Positions 9,602 through 18,553 of a stretch of DNA of 64,000 nucleotides are shown here, piece after piece; within the stretch, counting starts at the first letter, position 1; every line of letters begins with the position of its first letter. The DNA is from Phycisphaerae bacterium. Its GTDB lineage: Bacteria; Planctomycetota; Phycisphaerae; UBA1845; Fen-1342. The notes beneath the pieces are model-generated. The model was not told the DNA's origin. It did no database searches and saw only the letters and a program-made list of their open reading frames with translations. A program made the translations under genes and the position numbers. The stretch spans positions 32,001 through 96,000 of the forward strand of contig JASFQK010000005.1 in assembly GCA_050115495.1 (NCBI GenBank). The letters run 5' to 3'.

Positions 9602-9905
9602 ACAACGCGAGTTCCTGAACGACGCCGACGGCCGCCGGGCGCCATCCGTAACATTGACGGCTGGCACGCAAATCCGGTCGGCCGAGGCGGCGCCGTGTCA
9701 CATCGGAGCGGCGCCGACCGTTGCCAATGTCCACGGCCAGTCGCTGCGCTCGGTTACGCTACGGCTAACGCCGGCCACCGCCGATGCCCTGCGCCGCGCA
9801 GCCGCACAGCGCGGCTTGCGCTACGAGCACCCCTTCACCCAGCAATCGATCGCCGAGGCGGCCATCCGTGCCTGGCTCGCGCGACAGGGCTACCCGCCTC
9901 AGTAA
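9558..9905 (+). CDS. Ribbon-helix-helix partition partner (ParG-like)
   Basis: AAGGAG RBS; overlaps parA; C-terminal '[18 protein letters not shown]...[14 protein letters not shown]' RHH pattern. Confidence 0.65.
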   Translation: MPNARRSALEQLSAEQREFLNDADGRRAPSVTLTAGTQIRSAEAAPCHIGAAPTVANVHGQSLRSVTLRLTPATADALRRAAAQRGLRYEHPFTQQSIAEAAIRAWLARQGYPPQ

Positions 9906-9961
9906 TTCCGCACATCTGCAGTCGCAGCCTGCCGCTTGTGCATGCCCCAGCGACATTACAC

Positions 9962-9990
9962 GTCACACTCTCGCCCATAGCCCGCATAAC
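9962..9990 (+). promoter_or_regulatory. GTCAC-N18-CATAAC motif, copy 2
   Basis: GTCACACTC-N10-CCCGCATAAC, 60 bp upstream of the 10051 gene. Confidence 0.6.
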
Positions 9991-10050
9991 ACTCTCACCA
10001 GGTTGGAGCCGCGCAGTCCCGCGCGAAAGTTTGAAAACAGGAGGTATATC

Positions 10051-10287
10051 ATGTCAAAATCCACCAAACCCCCCGTTCACGAAATCCGTTTCGGTTACGC
10101 AAAGGCCGTCATCTGGGAGAACGACACGAGCAACGGCACGCGCTACAACGTGACCGTCGCCCGGCTCTACAAAGACGATGGCGGTGAATGGAAGGAGACG
10201 TCCAGCTTCGGCCGCGACGACCTGCTCGCTTTGGCCAAGGCCCTGGACCACGCTCACACGTGGATTCACGCGCAGCGGGAAAGCTAA
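10051..10287 (+). CDS. Small beta-rich protein, possible ssDNA-binding protein
   Basis: CAGGAGGT RBS; 'PVHEIRFGYAKAVIWEN...YNVTVARLYKDDGGEWKETSSFGRDDLL' with aromatic/basic strands. ssDNA binding is inference. Confidence 0.7.
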   Translation: MSKSTKPPVHEIRFGYAKAVIWENDTSNGTRYNVTVARLYKDDGGEWKETSSFGRDDLLALAKALDHAHTWIHAQRES

Positions 10288-10384
10288 ACACCCGTCGCGT
10301 CTTGAGGTTGACTGCCCGCCGCGTCGGCGACGCAGCCGTCGAAGTTTGTCCTCGCGGGTCCGGCGCTCCACCTGGCCCACGAAT

Positions 10385-10413
10385 GTCACACTCCCAGCAC
10401 ATTCCCGCATAAC
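10385..10413 (+). promoter_or_regulatory. GTCAC-N18-CATAAC motif, copy 3
   Basis: GTCACACTC-N10-CCCGCATAAC with both halves identical to copy 2; upstream of the 10536 gene. Confidence 0.6.
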
Positions 10414-10535
10414 TCTGGTAGGACAAACCATCAGCCCAGATCGGCCGGCATGGCGTTTTCGACTCATGAGAGACCGGTGGTGCAAAGCGGCCGTTGTGAA
10501 GGTTTGTCCAAACCCTATTTACGAAAGGAAACGTC

Positions 10536-11603
10536 ATGCAGAATCTTATGCGTGCAAGCAACGAGTTGTTTCGACGAACGCCTGATGAGCGATTTGGGTC
10601 GCTCATCGAACTCTGGCAGCATTGTCAGAACGAGAAGGAGCAGTCAGTCGAGCGATGGCATCCGCCGCAAGTCCTCGTCAGCCAACCAGCCGACAATCGG
10701 CTCACGCTGGCGATGGGCGAGGACGGATCCTTCGGGATGACCGACTGGAGTTTTTCGCAGTTGTGCAAGCTGGCAGACGTGAGCAAGGACACGCTCAACA
10801 AGCTAACGCCGGACACGGCCAGCCGTGTGCTTGGCGAGACACTGCCCAGCGGAACCAAGCCGTTTCAGGCCCTGACTACGGGGCAGACCGTGCGAGCGAT
10901 CCACCAGGCGAGTTACACTCGGCTCTACAACGCCGACTTGCTCACCATGGTTCGCGAGTTCGCGACGGACTTCGTTCCGCCGCAGAAAGCCGGCGACGGC
11001 AGCGTCAGCAGCGAAGCCGAAACCAACATCGATGGCGGGACCGGGCTGTATTGCGGCGAGCAGGACATGTTCTGCTTCCTGATCGATCCAACCGGCTGGA
11101 CGGAGATCGAAGGCGAGGCCTTCGCTCCGGGGTTCTTCCTGTGGAACTCCGAGGTCGGCAAGCGGTCGGTTGGCGTGCAGACGTTCTGGTTCCAGGCGGT
11201 TTGCCAGAATCACATCGTCTGGGATGCCGTCGAGGTTGTGGAATTCAGCCGCAAGCACACGGCCAACGTCCACGATTCGCTGCGCGAGATCCGCCGGCTG
11301 GTCGAGGGCCTGGTCGAGAAACGCGACCAACGCCGCGACGGGTTCGTGCGGGTCATCCGCAAGGCCATGGAGACGAAGCTCGGCGAAGACGCCGACGATG
11401 CAATGGACGTGCTCAACAAACGCGGGATCACCCGCAAGTTGGCCAAAGAGGCCGTCGAGGTTGCCCGGCAACAGGGTGGATTGACCATCTTTTCCGTTGT
11501 CGATGCCCTCACCCGTATCGCTGGGAAGCTCAAAAACGGCGGCGACCGCACGGAGGCCGACGCGAAGGCGTCTGCGCTTCTGGCCCTTGCCGCCACCGCC
11601 TGA
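10536..11603 (+). CDS. DUF932-family mobile-element protein
   Basis: 'RRTPDERFGSL', 'GFFLWNSEVGKRS', 'FQAVCQNHIVW', 'RKHT'; AAAGGA RBS. Confidence 0.75.
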   Translation: MQNLMRASNELFRRTPDERFGSLIELWQHCQNEKEQSVERWHPPQVLVSQPADNRLTLAMGEDGSFGMTDWSFSQLCKLADVSKDTLNKLTPDTASRVLGETLPSGTKPFQALTTGQTVRAIHQASYTRLYNADLLTMVREFATDFVPPQKAGDGSVSSEAETNIDGGTGLYCGEQDMFCFLIDPTGWTEIEGEAFAPGFFLWNSEVGKRSVGVQTFWFQAVCQNHIVWDAVEVVEFSRKHTANVHDSLREIRRLVEGLVEKRDQRRDGFVRVIRKAMETKLGEDADDAMDVLNKRGITRKLAKEAVEVARQQGGLTIFSVVDALTRIAGKLKNGGDRTEADAKASALLALAATA

Positions 11604-11820
11604 TTCACAAGGTAGAGAAGGCCATGCACCACCGGGTCCTCTCACCATCCTCATGTGCGGAGAATCCGGGAAGAAAGTCCCAGCACAAATCGCCCGTGCC
11701 AGGCGAGTTCGGCGGTTCTCGCTTGATATTGGGTGAGCGCGCCGGTTACGATATAGCTTGCGGTCTCGCCAACGCGGTTGGGGCACGCACCTCGTTTCAA
11801 ATGGCCGGAGGACGTTCTCT

Positions 11821-14800
11821 ATGTGTTCTCTTCGTATCTTGGTCTGTGTGTGTAGCATCATCCTGGTTGGGATGGCCATCGAGGCTGCGGCTCAGGATTA
11901 CAGTTGTTCGTATGCCGGTGAGCTTGTTCTGGCGCCCGTTCACATCGAGGTTACGCAGGGAATCCAGCTTGCCGACAATACCGTCCCACTCCTAGCTAAT
12001 AGGGCCACGATGATCCGCGTCACCGTCGGCTGCGTCTGTATGCACGGCTGCCTTGCGGGCAAGGGATTTCCTTCGCAGGAAAGCAGCGGGGAGGCAGAAT
12101 GCAATATCTGCCCAACCGCTACTTGCGAGGTTACGGGAACGCTTTCTGTCTCCGAGCAGATCGGCTCTGATGCCTGGCGCGAGTATATCTCCGACACACC
12201 TCCGTTGAACGCTGATGCCACCGTCTACGTCTATCCGATCGACGACGAACATGACTATCTCAGCAACGACCCGATTTCGCCTGAAGTTTTTCCTGTCGAC
12301 GAATTCGACAATACTCTGAACTTTCTTATCCCGGCTGGGCAGCTTCGTGAAGGCCCCCAGGAGTTCACTGTGCGGTTGGAGCGGAGACAGTACTGCAGCC
12401 AAGACTACGTTTGCCCCGGAATCAACGCAGTCGAATTGACCGTTGAACCAGAGGTGCCACCGTTCCGCGTGTTCGAGAGGCGCGTTCAATGGATCGGTGC
12501 TGGGCACACCCAGAACCTTGACCACCTTGATAGTGGAGAGCGCTATCGGTTCGCTGATGCGATCATGCCAGCGCGGATTCAGCCGGTTGTGCTCAAGCGT
12601 GAGACCGAGACTCTCGGCAGCATAAGGGTGGGTTACAATACGCCAGGCGTTGACTACGACTTCTACGACGTTCGCGGGATGTCCAGCTTCCGACAGAGAC
12701 TGAAGGCAGAATCCGCCAAGCTGAAGGAATGGGGCGTCCAGCATGATGCGTACTTCGCTTGGATTACCACGGATGAGAGCATTAGTTATCGCTACCGCAG
12801 TTGGTGGGTAGCGAAGGTCAGGACATCTGCAGGAGTGTGTTTGAGAAAGCGATTCCACGACGTTGTCATTGGGTATGGACGAACATCTCAGGCTGATTAC
12901 AGCATCATCTTTGCGCACGAACTCGCTCATGGACTGTATGTTCTGTTCTGCCATCCCGGTGATTGCGATTCGGCGGACGATTGCCCCTCTGACTATTGCG
13001 ATCTTCCGGCGGATCTCGCTATCGGCTTTCCAGAAGGACACACCCTCATTCGACCAGGAATCGACGTGCGTGGTGGTCTCCCCAACCGTACCGGTCCGGG
13101 TATTCACACGCAGGGAACCTGGCAACACGTACGGCGATCGAGTCAGAAAGATTTCATGTGTGGAACATTGGATATTACTGGCGCTTTCAATACATGGGTG
13201 CATCACGAGACGTATAGCCGTTTGCTTGAACACTGTTTTCGTTCAGCTAGGAGATTGCGCACTGATCCGGTCCTTCTTATTCAGGGCTTCTTGTTCGAGG
13301 GGGAGACGACCATAGAGGATCTCGCGGCGATTCCACTGAGCGAAGGCACACCAACATCTGTCAGCCCAGATGGGGATGTTCTTCTCTTTGCCTACTCCGC
13401 TGCCACCCAACCCGAAACGCTGCTCTTTGAACGCCGTTACGAACTGGCACATTATGATACAGAGGCAACACAGTACCTGTCAGTCTTCATCGAAGCGACT
13501 TATGGCGGACTTTCGGTTGACCGCGTAGTGTTGGCTGCTCCAGACAAGGGCGTGGAGTATGGCAGCCTGTCACGATCTCCGAACGCCCCGATCATCACGT
13601 TTGACAGTATCCCACCCACAATCGACGAAGTGACGCCAATCAGCTGGACGGGGAGTGACGCCGATGGCGATTCATTGCTGTACTATCTGCGATACGAGTC
13701 TGATGCGCCGGGTGCTGCTTGTGTGCCCTTGGTGCTCGGAAGCACCATGACCAGCATCATGCTAGACCCTAACACCCTCCCGCGCAGTTCGACTGGCGGT
13801 GCGACGCTGCATCTGACTGCAACGGATGGCTTCAACGAAACAACAATCGCGGCGACTGGGTTAACGGTCGATGTTGCGCATGCCCCTAGTATCCAGATCC
13901 TCTCACCAGCCGATGGCTTTTCTATCTCACGGGGCGCGGTCTTCACGCTGGAAGCCTACACACATGATCTCGAAGACGGTGAACTTGATGACGCTAGCAT
14001 CATCTGGTCTTCCAACATCCACGGTGTGTTGGGCAGGGGGCGAACACTTCTGGAAAGCAGACTCGCCGTTGGTCACCACACGATAACCGCAACGGTACGT
14101 GACAGCGATGGCGCCACGGCGCAAGACAGCGTGAACATTGAGATCCACGCGGCTCCGCGGGCATTGGGCGACATTGACCGGGATGGCGAAGTCGATTGTG
14201 ACGATTGGTTGTACTTGAGCGATGAGGTTGATACCGGAGAGTCACGATGCCATTCGTGTGATCTCGACGGTGACTCGGTCGTTTCCACACTTGACCTTGA
14301 TGTTCTGCTCGGCTTGATGTTCGATTGTAACACGAACGGACGTCCGGATGTCTGTGACGTACAGGAAGGTGCCGGCACGGACAGCGACGCGAACGACATC
14401 CTCGACGAGTGCGAGGCTGACGCATCGACATGGTACGTCGACGACGATGCTCCGAACGATCCTGGCCCCGGTGACCCAAGCACAAGCGACCCTGACGAGG
14501 ACGGTTCCGAGTCGCACCCATTTGACTCAATCCAGGAGGCCATAGATGCTTCGGGCGACTACGACCGTGTCCTCGTTGCCGATGGCGTCTACACCGGCGA
14601 TGGCAATCGCGATATAAGCTTCCTCGGAAAACCCATCACTCTTCAATCCATCAACGGGCCGCAGGATTGCGTTGTTGATTGCCAAGGCTCAACCGAAGAA
14701 CCTCACCGAGGCTTTCGATTCCAGAACGGTGAGACGATGCTATCGATCCTGGACGGGCTCACCATCAGAAACGGATACTCAAATGGCCTTGGGGGAGGAG

Positions 14801-16107
14801 TGTCAATTGACAACAGTCATCCCACGATAAGGAACTGCATGATCAAGGAGAACTACGCGTACTCTGGTGGTGGAGGAATATCCTGCAACGGTAGTAGCCC
14901 CAGAATCTTGGATTGTGTGCTCTCGAATAACAGCTGCCGGTCGACCGCACGTGGAGGGGGATTCCTCAGCCAAGACAGCAGCCCTTTCCTGGCAAGATGC
15001 CAGATTGACAGCAACCAGGAGGGTGGTGTCTTCATCCGTGGTGGAAGTCCTTTTGTGACAGGTTGTTTCATTTGGGGAAACGGAGTGAGTTGGGAGGGTC
15101 TCACGGGTGCAGGGATTGGATGCACAGGCAGCGACACGATCATAACCGATTGTACCATTGTCGGCAATGTCTCTGAGTCCTTAAGCATTGATTCTACCGC
15201 AGGTGGACTGTGGTTTCAGCTTGATCGCTCCATAGTCAGGAACTGCGAGATTTTCGGCAACAACAATCTGTCTGGTGGCGGGCATGGAGGGGGAATCACT
15301 TGCGCTCATGGTAGCCCCAAACTGATCGAGAACTGTTCGGTCTTTGCGAACGCGGCACAATTCATCGGAGGAGGGATCTTCTGTACTTATCCATTACTGG
15401 ATCCATACTGGGGAGAATCAACACCGGTGATACGCAATTGTACCGTATATAGCAATATGGTTCTGTGTGTTCCTGGTGATTGCCCTCCTGCCGAGACTGA
15501 TGGGGCGGGAGGAGGGATTGCAGCAGCGTATGGTGCGAGTCCCAGTGTCGTGGGCTGCATTCTCTGGGGGAACTTCGCTACGCGTGGCTCACAGGTGTAT
15601 CTCGGTCGGGGACCATCGGAGTGGGGGCCGCTAGAGTCTGATGCCTTCATGACCCTGGCCTACTCGGACGTGCAAGGGGGACTGGGGGGGACGTTCAGCG
15701 ATGGCGGCAGCGTACTCACCTGGGGAGATGGCAACATTGATGCTGATCCCCTATTCCTCGATTCGGCTCAGTATGATTTTCGACTGGAAACTGGCTCACC
15801 GGCAATCGACGCAGGGGATCCGAACAGCGTGGCATTCTCATCGCGTGACCTGAGTGGCGGACCTCGCGTGCAGGGCGGTAGGGTTGACATGGGTGCATAC
15901 GAGTATCGGTTCTTCGATCTTGATGGAAACGGCGTTCTTGGTGCTACTGATCTTGCCCTTTTCGTGAGTTGCCTGAACGGCCCGGACAACTGGTTCCCAC
16001 CTTCGGGATGTGATCCTGCTGATTTCACACGATCGGACTTCGATGGTGACGGCGACGTTGATCTGCGTGATTTCGCGATGTTCCAGGTGACGTTCGGCGG
16101 TCCCTGA
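11821..16107 (+). CDS. Large secreted multidomain protein: Zn-metallopeptidase-like domain, Ig-like domains, right-handed beta-helix, dockerin/EF-hand-like tail
   Basis: Signal peptide; HELAH with downstream 'DFM' Met-turn-like motif; GGG/N-rich beta-helix repeats; 'SPAIDAG...DMGAYE'; DxDGDGDVD loops. Confidence 0.8.
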   Translation: MCSLRILVCVCSIILVGMAIEAAAQDYSCSYAGELVLAPVHIEVTQGIQLADNTVPLLANRATMIRVTVGCVCMHGCLAGKGFPSQESSGEAECNICPTATCEVTGTLSVSEQIGSDAWREYISDTPPLNADATVYVYPIDDEHDYLSNDPISPEVFPVDEFDNTLNFLIPAGQLREGPQEFTVRLERRQYCSQDYVCPGINAVELTVEPEVPPFRVFERRVQWIGAGHTQNLDHLDSGERYRFADAIMPARIQPVVLKRETETLGSIRVGYNTPGVDYDFYDVRGMSSFRQRLKAESAKLKEWGVQHDAYFAWITTDESISYRYRSWWVAKVRTSAGVCLRKRFHDVVIGYGRTSQADYSIIFAHELAHGLYVLFCHPGDCDSADDCPSDYCDLPADLAIGFPEGHTLIRPGIDVRGGLPNRTGPGIHTQGTWQHVRRSSQKDFMCGTLDITGAFNTWVHHETYSRLLEHCFRSARRLRTDPVLLIQGFLFEGETTIEDLAAIPLSEGTPTSVSPDGDVLLFAYSAATQPETLLFERRYELAHYDTEATQYLSVFIEATYGGLSVDRVVLAAPDKGVEYGSLSRSPNAPIITFDSIPPTIDEVTPISWTGSDADGDSLLYYLRYESDAPGAACVPLVLGSTMTSIMLDPNTLPRSSTGGATLHLTATDGFNETTIAATGLTVDVAHAPSIQILSPADGFSISRGAVFTLEAYTHDLEDGELDDASIIWSSNIHGVLGRGRTLLESRLAVGHHTITATVRDSDGATAQDSVNIEIHAAPRALGDIDRDGEVDCDDWLYLSDEVDTGESRCHSCDLDGDSVVSTLDLDVLLGLMFDCNTNGRPDVCDVQEGAGTDSDANDILDECEADASTWYVDDDAPNDPGPGDPSTSDPDEDGSESHPFDSIQEAIDASGDYDRVLVADGVYTGDGNRDISFLGKPITLQSINGPQDCVVDCQGSTEEPHRGFRFQNGETMLSILDGLTIRNGYSNGLGGGVSIDNSHPTIRNCMIKENYAYSGGGGISCNGSSPRILDCVLSNNSCRSTARGGGFLSQDSSPFLARCQIDSNQEGGVFIRGGSPFVTGCFIWGNGVSWEGLTGAGIGCTGSDTIITDCTIVGNVSESLSIDSTAGGLWFQLDRSIVRNCEIFGNNNLSGGGHGGGITCAHGSPKLIENCSVFANAAQFIGGGIFCTYPLLDPYWGESTPVIRNCTVYSNMVLCVPGDCPPAETDGAGGGIAAAYGASPSVVGCILWGNFATRGSQVYLGRGPSEWGPLESDAFMTLAYSDVQGGLGGTFSDGGSVLTWGDGNIDADPLFLDSAQYDFRLETGSPAIDAGDPNSVAFSSRDLSGGPRVQGGRVDMGAYEYRFFDLDGNGVLGATDLALFVSCLNGPDNWFPPSGCDPADFTRSDFDGDGDVDLRDFAMFQVTFGGP

Positions 16108-16144
16108 CGTGGCACCTGTCACGACCTCGTGACCACAGGTATTT

Positions 16145-16789
16145 TCAATCTGCAACATGCGGGAAAGCCAACTCAAACGGGCGATAGATCCGCCGCTTCA
16201 ACCGCAAGCATTCCAGAGGAACCGGCTCGAAACCAGCCTGTTTCCTCGCTCGATTCACCGCTCGATGCACGGTCAGGAGTTGTCGGCGAATGGGCGCGTA
16301 GGGTTCGTAGTGGAGCATCCGAAACTCGTTTTCCATGTGCTCAGCTGAACGCCGTGACCCGAGGTCCGTCAGGTAGATCTTGAGCCGGTTGTATGATGCC
16401 TGGGCGATGCGAACCGAGGCATGACCGTTCCGATGGCTGACGCTGTAACCACCGATCTTGAAGGGTGATCGCCGGATGTCGCGGATCATGTTGGCTTCTT
16501 CCTCGAAGAACCGGTGCTGACCGTGAGTGGCGATTAGAATGAACGTTCGGCCGTGCCTGAGGTAGTGCAGGTTTGCGAGGCCGGCTTTCTTTCGCCGGGC
16601 TCGCTCCCACTTGGAGATGTCGATGCCGTATTTCTCGATGAGCTTACGATCGACAGCCTCCGCGTCCTTGTCGAGCGGGATCCAGCCCGGCACGTAGAAC
16701 CAGTATCCGTGCGCCACGTAGGCAACGGCCAATTGCTGGATGAAACCCGGCAGCAGCACGGCTCGACAACGATACATCTCCTTTCCCAT
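16145..16789 (-). CDS. Basic hypothetical protein downstream of the candidate large RNA
   Basis: Globular-looking sequence ('GFIQQLAVAYVAHGYWFYV', 'KWERARRKKAGLANLHYLRH', 'YEPYAPIRRQL'); start either 16789 or 16777. Confidence 0.7.
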   Translation of the reverse strand: MGKEMYRCRAVLLPGFIQQLAVAYVAHGYWFYVPGWIPLDKDAEAVDRKLIEKYGIDISKWERARRKKAGLANLHYLRHGRTFILIATHGQHRFFEEEANMIRDIRRSPFKIGGYSVSHRNGHASVRIAQASYNRLKIYLTDLGSRRSAEHMENEFRMLHYEPYAPIRRQLLTVHRAVNRARKQAGFEPVPLECLRLKRRIYRPFELAFPHVAD

Positions 16790-16948
16790 GTTTCTGATGA
16801 AAATGGTGAGGATTGTTTTCCGGCACAATCCTCAAAGCCGTTGAGCCGCATACAACCAAACGGGTGGCAACCCACGCGTCCGAGCACACGGCGGCGACGT
16901 CGTTCTCGACAGGATAGACTCCTCTCGACAACAGCCGCGCCTACGGTT

Positions 16949-16977
16949 GTTATGATGCACAATCCCGCAAGCGTGAC
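16949..16977 (-). promoter_or_regulatory. GTCAC-N18-CATAAC motif, copy 4
   Basis: Minus strand GTCAC-GCTTGCGGGATTGTGCAT-CATAAC, pointing at the 16145-16789 gene. Confidence 0.55.
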
Positions 16978-17344
16978 TCAGAAAAACAACGTCCAGCCGC
17001 CGAGATGCTCGGCCAGATCTCGCCACTGCGTCGAAAACCTCTACGCGAACCTTCCTGTCCCCGTAGCCAGTGCAACCATCTGCGACCCTATCTGCTTACA
17101 TGAAACCTCCATTCTGAGCCCGCGAATGGGCACGATCGAACTCGTTTCTTGAGTTGACCGTGCCCAATTCATAGCGGTTGCTCAAATGAAACCCTCGAAG
17201 AAAACCGCCGTGCGCATCGTGCACGTCCATCTTCGTCGCCGCTTCGTTGCCAGATGACATCCGCTCGCCAGAGCAAATCTCACCCGACCACGTCGCTCTC
17301 TTGCCAAAGAACCGGCCAGGGACCATCACAAACAAAGCTTGCTC

Positions 17345-18450
17345 TGCCCTGCCCTGGCCGGCACGCCATCGAGACGGGTTAAACCCGTCGCCGCTTTCGT
17401 CGTCGCATCCGTATCCGGCACCACCCGGACACGCGAACGACTCCGCCACTGCCTTGCAGCGGCTTCGCTCCACCGGCTCCAGCCGGCGGACTTCTACTGG
17501 CGGCACACTCCCACACTGCGGCATTTCAATCACCTGGCTGACCATCCGCGCCTCACGCGCGGAGCCAGGCACCGGGCACCACCCCGGCCGCCACAGTGCT
17601 TCCCGGATTAGTGCTGGTCTTCGCCCAATCGGTCACGTCGCTAGTGGGTGTTACCCCACGGGTCATCGTCGCACGTCTCAGGCTCCCGCCTGAGCGCAGT
17701 TTCCACGGGCAACCCGGCAAATCGCCGTGCTGCTTCGTGATTTCAGCAGGCCGAAACGAGAAGCACCCGCTTACCCATCGACAATGATCTTTCGCAGTTC
17801 GGCACCGTCTCCGACTGGATTCACTGGCAAGCCCTTGCGGGCCTTTCATGGTTGAGCTTTTCGCCGTCCGCCGTTTGAGCGGATCGCCGAACCCGGTCAC
17901 AGGTCCGGTCGCACGCGTCGCCGCGTCGCGAACTCCCCACGCCAGCCGAGGTTGAACGAGCCTGACGAGCTTTGCACCCGAATTGGTCCGCGCGCACGCG
18001 GACTATGGCCCGAACCCCCTGAACAGGATTCTCACCTGCTTTGACCAACACGGCCTGGCCGCCGACCGCTGCACGGTCGCCGGCCAGGTCTGTCTCCGTC
18101 GCCCCATTTCTGAAATGGAAAGAACATCGGATAGAACGCCGGGATTGCTCCTCGATTGGTGGTCGAGGCTTTAGTCCGACGAGCCTCCGTCGAACCGGAC
18201 AAGCCACTCTCATGGCATCCGGCTCTACGGGCCAACGCGTTGGCGGATGGTGAATTCCGCCGCCTTAGCCGAGGTGGTGAGCCCCGGTTTACCGGCCTGC
18301 GTCGCCCGTCTCGATGACGTCAGCCACGTTTTTCGTTACTGACGATTCGGGGGCCGAAGCCCCACGAGCCTAACGTAGCGTACTTGGAGATTTCCGTCAG
18401 CTACGTCGCGGAGCGGGCCGATCACGGTGCGCGATTCGGCGACGGGCACG
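17345..18450 (-). ncRNA. Candidate large (~1.1 kb) highly structured non-coding RNA; boundaries approximate
   Basis: About 20 hairpins; minus-strand cUUCGg, GCGA, GCAA and GGGA tetraloops and a UGAGAAU T-loop-like loop; G-U pairs only on the minus strand; complementary loop pairs; no credible ORF. Confidence 0.65.
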
Positions 18451-18553
18451 TCAGAGGTTATGATGCCGCCTTGGCTGCCCAATGGCACGCTACTCGGGAC
18501 GGGATCCCGGCTCTGCGCGACCCCTGACCGAGCACTAGCTTGGATAGCGACAT

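Noticed and set aside
16830..17105. Possible decayed membrane-protein pseudogene, and a GGAGG-ATG-TAA start-stop
   Set aside because: No recognisable homology; too weak to call.
17345..18450. Group II or group I intron, or RNase P, as identity of the structured region
   Set aside because: No domain V hairpin, no GUGYG start at the apparent 5' end, no group I P7 motifs, no interrupted gene and no GAGGAAAGUCC seen by eye; cmscan is still needed.
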